Shown here: positions 45,261-56,115 of the stretch, piece after piece
How the letters are laid out: each line of letters starts with the position of its first letter
Position numbering within the stretch: the first letter of the stretch is position 1
Assembly (NCBI GenBank): GCA_000004985.1
Contig: GG738847.1
Origin: Naegleria gruberi
Lineage: Eukaryota
DNA: 64,000 nucleotides
Reading direction: 5' to 3' (one strand)
Notes under the pieces: model-generated
Seen by the model: only the letters and a program-made list of their open reading frames with translations
Databases searched by the model: none
What the model was told of the DNA's origin: nothing
Program-made: the position numbers and the translations under genes

Positions 45261-46769
45261 TTAAAACAATCCACCATAAGCTTCCTCATCTTCACAATCA
45301 TCATATTCACATTCATATTGAGCCTTAGCTTCCTTCTTTGAAACTTTCAATGCCACACTTGCACTCTTTGAAACAACCTTCTTGTAACTCTCAGAAATTC
45401 CGTGCTTTTCCAATTCTGAACGTTGATGAACAGCTTGTGTGTACAATTGTTCAACAATTCCGTACTGATCCTTCTCAACGAGTTCCTTATATTTCTCCTC
45501 GATTTGTTTGGCCAATTCCAAAGCTTTTTCAGAGTTGTGTTGTTCTAATAATTGGTTGAATTGAACTTGGAGATCGGCAATGGAGAGGATGGAATTTTGG
45601 ACGGTAAAGTCATTTCTTTCGGCACTGGTTTCATAAAGTTTCAATTGAGTGGAGAGTTCACTAGTGTTGGAGGCAAATCTTGTGTGAATGTAATTGACAC
45701 TCTTGACAATTTGTTCATCAGTGTTACTAATGTAGGAATAGTCAACTTTCAACATTGGTAAACCATTATTCGAATCTAATTGTTTAAGGGCTTCTAAGGT
45801 TGCTGAATTTTGTGGATTGTAAACTAAAACACCCTCAATAAAACGCAAATCTCTACAAAATAATCCACCAAGAGAAACTCCACTAATAAGTGAATTCAAA
45901 TCTGACTTTCTATTAAATGATTTGACAGTTACTCCATTCAATCCAGAAACTGTCACATTAAACTTTTTACCAATTTGATACTTGTACTTTTTAAGTGATC
46001 TTTCGAATGCATCTTTGGCATAGGTTTCGTCTTCCAAATAATAATACTCTCCTTTACCAGTTCTAGCAATTGCTTGAAGCCACAATTCATCATAATCACT
46101 TCCAACACCATATGAAGAGATGTGAATTTGATCATCTTTTCCTTCAGAATAATCTTTCAATTTCTTCAATAATCCAGAACCAAAAATGTTTAAATTAGTT
46201 TCGCCAACATTACATTGACCATCTGAGAAGAAGGCAATCAATTTAGTTCCAGGAGCATTTGAATTATGAAGCAAATCAACAGCAGAATGCAAAGCAGAGG
46301 CAATATTAGTACTTCCCTCAGTACTAATCTTATCAATATCATTCAAGTTGACTGATTCCTTATTCTTTTCTGTAAAAACAGTTTTTGGACTATCACTATA
46401 TGTGATCAAGTGAATAGTATCCTTGTAGGTTAAGAAATTGGTGACCAATTCACGAATAGCAGATTTACAGGCAGTCAATTTAGATCCCTTCGATCTATTC
46501 TTTAAAGGTTCATCCATGGAACCAGAAATATCCAAAACTAGACAAATATTTACAGGAGTTTTCAAGACATTGGTTGTTTCTGCTTCTTCTTCTTGTGGTG
46601 GTAAATTACCTGATAGCAATCGAACAAGGAATGGAATTTCGCATTGAACACCAATTTGATCGGTTGGTAAGTGACCAGCATCGATTTGAACACTTAAATT
46701 GACACTTTGTGGGGCAAAGTTGGACAAGAGAGTTTCGAATTTTTGAAGAGCACTTTCAGATACTTTCAT
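45261..46769 (-). CDS. von Willebrand factor A (VWA) domain protein with an intact MIDAS motif.
   Basis: VLDISGSMDEP...SKLTACKSAI...IAFFSDGQCN... is a DxSGS MIDAS in a VWA fold. The N- and C-terminal regions are unassigned. Confidence 0.75.
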   Translation of the reverse strand: MKVSESALQKFETLLSNFAPQSVNLSVQIDAGHLPTDQIGVQCEIPFLVRLLSGNLPPQEEEAETTNVLKTPVNICLVLDISGSMDEPLKNRSKGSKLTACKSAIRELVTNFLTYKDTIHLITYSDSPKTVFTEKNKESVNLNDIDKISTEGSTNIASALHSAVDLLHNSNAPGTKLIAFFSDGQCNVGETNLNIFGSGLLKKLKDYSEGKDDQIHISSYGVGSDYDELWLQAIARTGKGEYYYLEDETYAKDAFERSLKKYKYQIGKKFNVTVSGLNGVTVKSFNRKSDLNSLISGVSLGGLFCRDLRFIEGVLVYNPQNSATLEALKQLDSNNGLPMLKVDYSYISNTDEQIVKSVNYIHTRFASNTSELSTQLKLYETSAERNDFTVQNSILSIADLQVQFNQLLEQHNSEKALELAKQIEEKYKELVEKDQYGIVEQLYTQAVHQRSELEKHGISESYKKVVSKSASVALKVSKKEAKAQYECEYDDCEDEEAYGGLF

Positions 46770-47171
46770 TTTTTGATCAAGAGATTGATTGTAATGTGAA
46801 GGAGGAGAAGAATAAATTGTTTGATTTTTTTTGGTTTGGAAGTGGTGTTGATCAACGATTTTTAAATAGCTCAGGAAAGTGGTGAAGTGTGAGTTCCAAG
46901 TTCGAAATTGAAAAGGATTTTCAAAGTTGGATTTTATTCAATTCAGAAATTGTTACTAGTTTACAATGAACTTACTAATCATTTTTCCTCACTTTATATG
47001 ATGGAACACTTGTAAATGATTTGAAGTAAACAATAGTTTGTTTATTATCATTCTAATACGGTCTATAAATTTCTAATAAAATTCTTTAAAAGAGTCTCAA
47101 TAATCTGTTTTGATTGTTTGAAACTTTTCAATCAAGCTCATTTCAAATATTATGTTTGAATCTTCAAGTCT

Positions 47172-47911
47172 CTACAATGATGATTTCAATTCCAATATAT
47201 CACATCTGAATTCTTCTAAAATTTCGTTAATTTGTTCAATAAGTTCTGATTCACGGACTATAAACTTTTTCAAATCTTCCAATAAGAGAGTCAACTTGGC
47301 ACCCCCAAGTTCCTCTTCATCTTGGTGATTGTGTCTACACTTTTCGTCATGATCACAAGCCAATTTCTTCTTTTCCTCCTCAACAAATTGTTCAACTTTT
47401 TGAATATTAATTGTCTAAATCATTTCCAGAATTGTCATAATATGATCATAATTAAATTTGCCTTCCAATAAATTATTTACAATATAAAACTCACAATTTG
47501 AAGTTTTTCTCTCTCCAAATTTTGTAATTGATCAATTAATCCACTATATTTCTCATCTCCAATTTCCTTCAATTCTTTTTGTGCTTGTCTGATGGTCAAG
47601 GAAATTTCCTGAAACTCCATTGTTGTACTTTCCACAACTCTGTTGTATTTTAATATTTCCATCTTGTCATTTGGATTAGCCTTGAATGATTTGAAAGAGC
47701 TGAGCAATAATCACAACAATAACACAATCATGATCGGATTAATTGATGATCAGATGATAATTAATAATAATACGTTCCGAAGATGTTGGTTTTTGATTGA
47801 ATGATAATACAAACCTATCGAATGTCTTGTAAGCCAAAATTCTTTCATCTTGTGCGTCCATCACCTTCTTGAGAAGGTTTAACAAGATAGTGGCATCTGA
47901 TGATGAAGACA
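47172..47911 (-). CDS. Small coiled-coil protein (about 180 aa). Three exons, approximately 47911-47815, 47700-47495 and 47414-47172. Function unknown.
   Basis: Two small minus-strand ORFs plus an upstream ATG exon (MSSSSDATILLNLLKKVMDAQDERILAYKTFDR) are linked by GTTTGT...CTCAG and GTGAGT...ATTTAG introns, which keep the frame. Coordinates are accurate to about 2 nt. Confidence 0.45.
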
Positions 47912-48725
47912 TTTTTTTGATTCTATTTTAAACTGTGCATTTCCCAAGTCATTGGCAGTATTAAACTGTCAAATAAGCCAAGATTGCTTGACTAAGGATT
48001 TTGAGATACTGTTAAATTTTATCAACAAAGACTCACAATCAGAAATACATCTCGATAATAGTCATCCAACTGAATTAGGTATGGGAGAAAGCACAAGTTC
48101 AATCTTAGTAGAAACTCAAGAATAACACTTCACACAAGTCTTCCAATTATCATCAATTTCTAAAGCAAGTCATCCCTAAAAGAACACAACTCTTCAACTC
48201 ACAATCAGAAATTGATACGAAAATTCACACCATTACAACTCCTGTATCATTAGAAACATTAACAACGACTGAAGATTGTTGCTTGGCAGCTGCTTCTTCA
48301 TCATCTAATTCTATTATTGAGAAGTTACTCTTAACTGATGCTGAAGCTATTAAGAAATCTATTATTTAATTATGAGTGATAGACGGTGGGCATGGACTGA
48401 GGTGAACAATAGTCAATTCACAAACAGGCCTATCTATTTCCACAACAGCTCCATATTAAAAAACTTTAATAATTTAATTCATTCCTCTTAACCTAACAGA
48501 TCAATGAGTGATTGTGTTTTGGCCAGTGAGTTCTTAAGAAATATTAATATCTAAAGATTGGTTTGAGAATTGTCTGATTTTGCCCTTTTGTTGGTAGGTA
48601 CACTAGCAGTCTTTCTTTTTCTTATGGGAGGTTTCCTTAATTTTAATTGTTTGATTGAGTTAGTAGAATCAAGTTTAACATCTTGTGAGCTTGACTTTAT
48701 TAAATACAAAAAACTCTCTCGAAAA

Positions 48726-49430
48726 TTAATTCTTTGCCCTGGCATATTTCTTAAGCATAGTTTCAGGCACACGAAGTCCATTGGCTACGTGCCAATCTGC
48801 TAATTCCTTGTTAGTTAAAACAGTATAAGCTTCCGATATCAAAGTCATTTTCTTTACACATTCTTCACATCCAGGATTACGATCAGGATGCCACTTTTTT
48901 GTTTGTTCTCTGTGGGCTCTCTTGATAACCTTGGCATTGGCATTTCGTGGTACTTCCAAAAGTTGATAATAATCAATTTCCTCTAAATCGTGTACAGTTT
49001 GGAAGAAGAATACATTTTCTGTTAACTTGAGATAAGCAACAAAGGCAATCATGGCAATAATGATGGTCATCATTACTTGAGCAAAACTGAGTTTCAAATA
49101 ACGATTTCCAAAATAGAAACAACAACAGAAAACTTTGTAAGATGTTGAAGCATCTTCATCTCCTTCCTTCTTTGCTTTAGAAAATCCACCTCCGATTCTT
49201 TTTCTCTTAATTCCGTGAGGATGATAAGTGATACTATTTTCAAATGCCATGTTTTTAGCATGATTTGGATCTACAGCTTGTGAGTAGGCTTGAGCATCAT
49301 CAGATATGAGTGTACGAGCTGTTTCGTGAAATAAACGGTCTTCCAATATGACGTGTAATTTTTGTTCCTTGAGAATGGCATCCTCATCAGTGGCTCCCGA
49401 TGATTGTATTTCCTTCTTCGTTTTGGCCAT
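48726..49430 (-). CDS. J-domain (DnaJ) membrane protein: a central TM helix followed by a C-terminal J domain with HPD.
   Basis: ...DYYQLLEVPRNANAKVIKRAHREQTKKWHPDRNPGCEECVKKMTLISEAYTVLTNKE is a canonical J domain. The hydrophobic segment VMMTIIIAMIAFVAYL lies upstream of it. Confidence 0.75.
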   Translation of the reverse strand: MAKTKKEIQSSGATDEDAILKEQKLHVILEDRLFHETARTLISDDAQAYSQAVDPNHAKNMAFENSITYHPHGIKRKRIGGGFSKAKKEGDEDASTSYKVFCCCFYFGNRYLKLSFAQVMMTIIIAMIAFVAYLKLTENVFFFQTVHDLEEIDYYQLLEVPRNANAKVIKRAHREQTKKWHPDRNPGCEECVKKMTLISEAYTVLTNKELADWHVANGLRVPETMLKKYARAKN

Positions 49431-49523
49431 TTTTTTAAATTTATTTTTTGATTTTTTTTAAAATTAAGAAATTAATGCAATCAGATCGTTATGAATGTAT
49501 TCACTCAATTAGTATTGAAAAAT

Positions 49524-51386
49524 TTATTCCTTCTTATTCTCAATTGAGACATTAACACAATGCCAAGTATTATTGAGAATTCCTCTAATATTCCAAATAC
49601 TCTTAACATCTTCAGGTTGTACATTGTAAGCTGTATCAACTGCCTTGGAGCAGAGTTTAAGTTTTCCTTCCGTAATGTCCTTTTCAGAGAGTGGAACTTC
49701 AACTTGCCACAATGTCCATCCATAATTTCTATTATATTTGAGTGGTTCTCTTTCTAATTGAGCTGTATGCCAAGTAGTTCCATTATCTGTTGTAATGTCA
49801 ACTCTTTCAATACCATTTCCAGAACCTGCCAAGGCATAACCCTTCACAACTATGGTTTCAGAATCAGATGCAATTCTAGAATCTGGCGAAGGAACACAGA
49901 TTGCTGATTGAACTGGAGCATCATGAACTGCACTTGATTTGGAAAAGTCTGCATTATCCCAATCTGTAGATGGTGAAAATGTTTTGTAATCTTTTTGTTG
50001 CCATACAGATTGACTCTCTTGTTCAGACAAGATAATTTTGGATAACCATTTGACATTTCTTGCACCAATAGCTCCTGGTACAATGGCTCTGATTGGGAAA
50101 CCATGATCAATTGGGATATCTTCTCCATTCATTTTGAATGCCAACAAGACATCTGCCTTATTAGATAAGGCTCTATCTGCTGGAATTGAAGTGGCATATG
50201 TGGAAATTCCATCAGTATCAGCTCCAACAAATTCTACATGTTTGACTTTTCCATCTTGTAAAATCTTATCCTCAGTAATTCCATAGGCCTCCAAAATATC
50301 GACAAGTTTAACACCAGTCCACATGGCATTACCAACTGCTGCATTGGTCCAACCGAGACCTCTTGGTGCCTTGTAGCAAGACATTTCAGTTCTTCTATTA
50401 CCAGCACATTGCAAGGCAACAGTTAAGGTGTGTTGTTTGAATTTTTCACCATTCTTCAAATCATCTAAAGTGAGTTTAATTGGACCATCTTTCAAAGTTT
50501 CACCAGTAATTTCCAAAACATAGGTTGATGGATCAATACTTGGCACTGGTAAATGGTTTCTAATAAAGAATAACTCATTTGGAGTAATGTACTTATCACA
50601 AAGGAGAGTAGGTGGAGTTTCAGCATTGAATGGCTTTTGCATATTCACAACAAGAATTGGATTTCTTGCAGGATCATTGGCATAAATATCATTGGAATTA
50701 CTTTTCTGTTGCTCAAATTGTTCTTTCAGCTTTTTGGCATCTTCTGGATGTAATTCTCCAATCTTATACTGAGACAATATCTCATAAACTTCCTTAGTGT
50801 GATGCTGTCTGTAAATTTCCCAGAATGGTTCAATGGATTTACCAGCGGCTAACATAATCTTGTCGGTGCCACCAGGGTGGCCTTCAATAAACTCTGTGAC
50901 ATTATAGACACCTCCTTTAAAGATAACCCAAATACCATTTTGAAGAGAGTTATGATTTGCAACTTGATCCAAAGTAAAATATTGAGTATTTTCCAAATTG
51001 CTTTCTTGTGTTGCTTCCTCTTCTGCATTGATGTAAACAATTAAATTATTGTCATCTGACTTGAGCAGTGTTGCTCCGACAGTTCCAATCGATGCAAACA
51101 AAATCAATGCTAACAACGACTTGGGAATATTAAATTGTGGTAATTTTTCATTAGAGGATGACGATTTGTATTCTTGATGTTGCTTTTGTGAGTATGAAAA
51201 GTGTCTATTGCTATTATTATTATTATTAACAACTAACAAATTGGTATTTTGAACTGATGATTTAGTGCTCCTGTAAGTTGTTATTGTGGATGACCCTTGA
51301 GCTATTTTCAAAAGATTGGAAGCGTGGTGATGATTCTTTCGGAAGCAGGATTGAATCGAGCTTAGTTTTGGTATTAATTTCGACAT
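49524..51386 (-). CDS. SUOX: Sulfite oxidase, mitochondrial (cytochrome b5 heme domain, Moco domain and dimerisation domain).
   Basis: N-terminal presequence; cyt-b5 region ...FTLDQVANHNSLQNGIWVIFKGGVYNVTEFIEGHPGG...; Moco-binding region ...CAGNRRTEM...; Ig-like dimerisation C-terminus. Co-linear with eukaryotic SUOX. Confidence 0.9.
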   Translation of the reverse strand: MSKLIPKLSSIQSCFRKNHHHASNLLKIAQGSSTITTYRSTKSSVQNTNLLVVNNNNNSNRHFSYSQKQHQEYKSSSSNEKLPQFNIPKSLLALILFASIGTVGATLLKSDDNNLIVYINAEEEATQESNLENTQYFTLDQVANHNSLQNGIWVIFKGGVYNVTEFIEGHPGGTDKIMLAAGKSIEPFWEIYRQHHTKEVYEILSQYKIGELHPEDAKKLKEQFEQQKSNSNDIYANDPARNPILVVNMQKPFNAETPPTLLCDKYITPNELFFIRNHLPVPSIDPSTYVLEITGETLKDGPIKLTLDDLKNGEKFKQHTLTVALQCAGNRRTEMSCYKAPRGLGWTNAAVGNAMWTGVKLVDILEAYGITEDKILQDGKVKHVEFVGADTDGISTYATSIPADRALSNKADVLLAFKMNGEDIPIDHGFPIRAIVPGAIGARNVKWLSKIILSEQESQSVWQQKDYKTFSPSTDWDNADFSKSSAVHDAPVQSAICVPSPDSRIASDSETIVVKGYALAGSGNGIERVDITTDNGTTWHTAQLEREPLKYNRNYGWTLWQVEVPLSEKDITEGKLKLCSKAVDTAYNVQPEDVKSIWNIRGILNNTWHCVNVSIENKKE

Positions 51387-51592
51387 TTTTTTGTGGCTGA
51401 AATATGTTTGGTGGATAATTGGTCGAGAACATGTTTTGGTATCAGAGACAGAAATTACAATAATGTGCGTTTAAAGAAATTATTGTAATAAGGAAATGAT
51501 TGACTTGTTTCAAGTTACTAACATTATCAAATATGGAGCTCTACAACATGTTGTTGCTAGGCCTTCTGAAAAAACAAAAACACAAAAGAAAT

Positions 51593-51666
51593 TACCGACA
51601 ATGGGGCTCGAACCCACGACCCCAGGATTAGAAGTCCTGTGCTCTATCCAACTGAGCTATGACGGC
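51593..51666 (-). tRNA. tRNA-Arg (anticodon UCU), 74 nt.
   Basis: Sense strand reads GCCGTCA-TA-GCTC-AGTTGGATA-GAGC-A-CAGGA-CTTCTAA-TCCTG-GGGTC-GTGGG-TTCGAGC-CCCAT-TGTCGGT-A. Cloverleaf has D and T arms, GTTCGAGC T-loop and anticodon loop CU-UCU-AA. The acceptor stem has one G-U pair (1-72) and one U-U mismatch (5-68). Confidence 0.75.
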
Positions 51667-51996
51667 TTGCGGATCAAAAAGAAAATATTTCTAATAAATT
51701 TACAAAGAATTGTCTTGAAACCGTTACGGATTTGAAAAACAGAGAGAAATAACAGTAATCATATTAAAAAAAATGAGCAACGTTTTGGTAGAATACTCGC
51801 TTAGTAAATCAATGTAAGTTTGATGAAAAACACGAAAGCCTTAATGTTATAATAAGCGATGCAAAATTAGAGGAGCATAGAAAAAAGCTGGCTAAGCATA
51901 AGGAATGGCTATTATCTGATAGCCAAAGATCTCCCAGACCATCTTCAGATTCATCATTCAACGTGGATTTATCTTCACAAAGAAAGATTAAGAACA

Positions 51997-54039
51997 TTGA
52001 TGGTAGGTATTGTAAATTTTTCAACAAAACCTCAACAACAACAAAAAGATGGAGAAAGTGTGGAAGCAATCATCAACAAGTTGAAATTAAATGCCTCTGC
52101 AATTTCAGACTCCGACGACGAGAATGAAGGATCTCTCTCTTCGCGATCCAGAAACTCTGGAAGGGGGGAACCTATTGAGGAGAAGCTTATACAAAAAGGA
52201 AAGGAAATGGAAGACAAAAAGGAACAGCTAAGGGATAGGTACTTTAGTGAGGTATGTGTGTTATTACTAATTTTGTTGATTATTGATATCTTTTCCGAAT
52301 AGAATACCTTCCAGCCAAATATAAGTGATTTATCTAGGAGAATAGCAAAGTAAGTTCACCAATTTGAAATGCATTAAGGTGATTAACATGATTTCAGTAA
52401 TAACTCTAATCTAATGGAAAGATTCGAGGAAAAGGAAAGATTAAGAAAAGATAATATTGAAAATCAAAGGCAAGAAATAAGTGAAGAGCTTTCTTTCAAG
52501 CCTGCGATTTCGAAATTAGGACAAAGTATGCGAGGAAGGGAGGATGTGAATGAAATCAATAGAGCTTGGGAAAGAGAACGAGATGAGAAGCTCAACAGAC
52601 TGAGAGAAATGAAAGAGGAGAAGGAAATGGTTGAAGAGGTTTTCAAACCAAAACTTAATCCTAGAACCCTTAAAATTATAAATAAGAAAAAAGCGAAAGA
52701 TAACAATTTGTCTCTTGAAGAATCTTTTGAAAGGAAGGAATTCTTGAGACAGCAACGAGTTGCAGAAATGACTGAAGATTATTTTGGACAAATTGCCCCA
52801 ATGACACCCAAGATTACAGCCCAGGCAGCTAAAATTATGAGAGATGGAAGTGTCACTGATCGTCTTTACCAATTGAGCTTTAAAATGAATGAGAAGAAGC
52901 AAGAAATTTCAATGCAACAATTAGAAGAAGAAAAGAGACTCTACGATTTCAATCCAAAGATTAACTTGACAGATATAGAAAGAGATGACACTGTATATGA
53001 AGACTTATTCCACAAGGAGGAACACTTTCGAATGAAGAGGTACGAAAGATTGGAAAAGTTGCTTGAAAGAGAGAATATGCTCCACTATCCAAAAATTAAT
53101 CCAGTTTCTGAAGAAATTGCTTCAAGACTTCCAGTTTCATCAAAGGAGAGACTTCTGATAAGACCAGAAAAGAAGGATTCACCAAACAAATTGAACCTTA
53201 GCTTTAAACCACAGATCAATGAAAAATCAAAATTAATTGAGGAAGAAAAACCAAGAAATGAAGATAGAATCACGCAACTGCTAAACTTTGAAAAGAAGAA
53301 GAAGCAAGCAATTGAGGAAAAGAGAAAAGAAAAGTGTGAAAAGGAAATGGAAGAATGCACTTTTAGACCATCCATTTCTGCAATCCCAAGTAAGAATCTT
53401 AACAAATCTTTCAACGATCGGGTTGTATCTTGGGACAATAAGAGGAAAGCCCGAATGGAAAAGGAAAGAAGAGAGAAATCTGTTCAAGAAATGAGAGAAT
53501 GTACTTTTAAACCAGTAATAGAAAGAATGAAGCCTGATGAATTTTCAAAGAGTATGGGAGAAGAGAGTGCAATTGAACCTGTTGGTTTTGATGATTTTGT
53601 TCAAAGACAAGTTGAGGCTCGTGAAAAGAAGAAGAATTCAGTTCGTGAAATCAAGTATGGAGAAAATTGGAAGAATGAAATTACAGTACCAAAGGAATTT
53701 ACATTCAACCAAAAAACCTCCCAAATCAAAGCTCTTCGTAAACCAATGACACCTCAAACATCTAAGATATTAGAATCTGAGGAAATAGACAGATTAGAAG
53801 AATCGTTTAATGACATTTATGACCAAAATTTATCAAATCTTGACACTTCAGATTTCCTTCCTCAAGGACTTTTCTCAACTAGAAGTACACATGGCTTTTT
53901 GGAATTTGCTTCCATACCTCAACCAACTCCAAGTGGATTGAAATTGGAAGACATTGCAGAAAGTAACGAATATGATAGTCACTTTGATTTGACATCTCCT
54001 TCTGATGAGTGGCTGAAGAGAAGCATGCTAAAAGAATAA
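51997..54039 (+). CDS. Highly charged, coiled-coil-rich protein with periodically repeated (S/T)F(K/R)P-x-I motifs. At least three exons in the 5' part; more 5' exons upstream (about 51760-51955) are likely and the start is uncertain. Possibly TPX2- or FAM161-like (microtubule- or cilium-associated).
   Basis: Introns: GTATGT at 52252 to AATAG at 52301; GTAAGT at about 52351 to TTTCAG at about 52398. Motifs SFKPAIS, FKPKLNP, DFNPKINL, HYPKINP, SFKPQIN, CTFRPSIS and CTFKPVIE recur every 30-45 aa within K/E/R-rich helices. Confidence 0.55.
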
Positions 54040-54468
54040 TTGTAGTTTTAATAAGAAATTCTTACAAAATAGTAAGGAATAAAAATGAATGGCGAAATTG
54101 TTTTTCAATCTCAGTAAACGTTGGTCAATCTCTTTGATAAGGAAATCATGATGGAAGGGTTTTTCACATTAGCCACCTTCCTCATCAACGATATTTGTTT
54201 GCCGTTGTTACAAAACACAACCCAATGCGGACAATGGCTGTGTAATCTTCATTTTAAAATTCTTTCTCCTCAACGGTAACTCATAAGAACGACAAAGTGC
54301 TTGGCGCCCATTTTCGCACCCAAAACATAATCCAAACCAAAAAAATATCCGTGAGTGTGATTGGTTTACCCCTGATAAATTGTTGCTTACACCTTTGTCC
54401 TGGTTTTAAAATCACACTACCCGAATTACTTTTTAAAAACAAAACCTCTAGTTTAATAGACATACAAT

Positions 54469-55944
54469 ATGACTCATTGTGATATCTCATCGTGGGTTCT
54501 CATTACCACATACCTCAACTATGCTGTCCTCATCCTTTTGGGACAAATCCGTGACTTTTTCCATGAATTATTTATTGGTTCTATCCATCAAACACCAAAA
54601 GGATTTGCTCCTCTTGTTCATTCATACGAAGACCTCTATACTCGTAGACTCTATCGTCGTATTTGTGATTGTTGGAATAGACCAATCTCTAGCAGACCAG
54701 GTGCTTACATTGATGTTATGAAACGTGTCTCTAACGACTACAACAAGACCATTCAAATTACCGATGATAGAATTCATTGTTTAAATCTTGCTAGTTACAA
54801 TTATTTGGGCTTTGCTGATAGTCCAAAGCACGTTCTTGATGATGTGCTCAAGAGCATTGATCAATATGGTCCTGCTTCCGCTTCTGCTTATGGAGATTTT
54901 GGTTATTCTAAAATTCACAAGGAATTGGAAGATATGACTGCCAAGTTTGTTGGAAAGGAAGATTCTATTGTTTTCTCTATGGGTTTTGCTACTAACAGTA
55001 CTACCATCCCATTGTTGGCACCAACACCTGATTGTTTAATTATTAGTGACCAATTGAATCACACTAGTATTGTTGCTGGTGTCAGATCTACTGGTGGTGC
55101 TAAAGTTACTGTTTTTAAACACAATGACATGGATCACTTGGAAAAGATTGTCAGAAAGAGTATTATTGAAGGACAACCTGTAACTCATAGACCTTGGAAG
55201 AAGATTATCATTATCGTTGAAGGTATTTACAGTATGGAAGGAGAAATTGTCAATTTGAAGCGTGCTGTTGAAATCAAGAAGAAGTATGGTTGTTATTTGT
55301 ATGTTGATGAAGCCCACTCTATTGGTGCTCTTGGTAAGAATGGAAGAGGTGTCTGTGATTACTGTGGAGTTTCACCTGCTGATGTGGATATTTTGATGGG
55401 TACTTTTACTAAGAGTTTTGGAAGTGTTGGAGGATACATTGCTGCAGATAAGGAAGTTATTACTTATCTTAGAAAGAACAGTTATGGTCTTGTTTATGGT
55501 AGTAGTTTACCTATTCCATGTGCTCAACAAGCTCTCTCTGCTCTTAAGGTTATTACTGGTGATGATGGTACTGACATTGGTAAGACTAAGCTCTTCCAAC
55601 TTAATGATACTTCTAACTATCTCAGAGAAGGTCTTAAGAAGCTCGGATTTGAAGTTATCAGTGATGTTGACTCACCTGTCATTATTACCATGTTATACAA
55701 TCCTGCTAAGATGCCAGCATTCTCTAGAATGAGTCTTGAACAAGGTATTGCTGTTGTCGTTGTTGGTGCTCCAGCTTGTGACACACTCTGCTCAAGAGTT
55801 CGTTTCTGCGTTTCTGCTGCTCACACTAGAGAAGATGTCGATAAAGCTCTTAAGAAGTTAGACGTGGTTGGTACTTGGACTGGAACAAAGTACAAGGTAT
55901 TCGAAAGCCAACTTGTAAATGACTTGTACCAATTGGTTATGTAA
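54469..55944 (+). CDS. SPTLC2: Serine palmitoyltransferase long-chain base subunit 2 (LCB2/SPTLC2), a PLP-dependent alpha-oxoamine synthase.
   Basis: Co-linear with human SPTLC2: ...GQIRDFF..., SYNYLGFA, GFATNS, SDQLNHTSIVAGVR, RPWKKIIIIVEGIYSMEG, YLYVDEAHSIGALG, and the PLP-Lys motif GTFTKSFGSVGGYIA. Confidence 0.9.
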   Translation: MTHCDISSWVLITTYLNYAVLILLGQIRDFFHELFIGSIHQTPKGFAPLVHSYEDLYTRRLYRRICDCWNRPISSRPGAYIDVMKRVSNDYNKTIQITDDRIHCLNLASYNYLGFADSPKHVLDDVLKSIDQYGPASASAYGDFGYSKIHKELEDMTAKFVGKEDSIVFSMGFATNSTTIPLLAPTPDCLIISDQLNHTSIVAGVRSTGGAKVTVFKHNDMDHLEKIVRKSIIEGQPVTHRPWKKIIIIVEGIYSMEGEIVNLKRAVEIKKKYGCYLYVDEAHSIGALGKNGRGVCDYCGVSPADVDILMGTFTKSFGSVGGYIAADKEVITYLRKNSYGLVYGSSLPIPCAQQALSALKVITGDDGTDIGKTKLFQLNDTSNYLREGLKKLGFEVISDVDSPVIITMLYNPAKMPAFSRMSLEQGIAVVVVGAPACDTLCSRVRFCVSAAHTREDVDKALKKLDVVGTWTGTKYKVFESQLVNDLYQLVM

Positions 55945-56115
55945 AAATTTTAAACAACAATACAATACAATATGGATTGAGTAGATCCATGTTACGAATA
56001 ATCTGTAAAATTATAAAATAGAGTTTCAAAATTTTTGTTTAATTTTGGAAATGTTGAAAAAAATACAAATTTAGAAATATTTAACATATTTTGGAAATGT
56101 TGAAACGTTTTTTAT

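Noticed and set aside
51812-51850. A 25-nt GTAAGT...AAAG intron that would link an upstream ATG exon (MSNVLVEYSLSKS) in frame to the charged repeat gene
   Set aside because: 25 nt is well below every other intron in the window (40 nt or more) and probably below the spliceosomal minimum for this organism. I kept the 5' end of that gene as unresolved.
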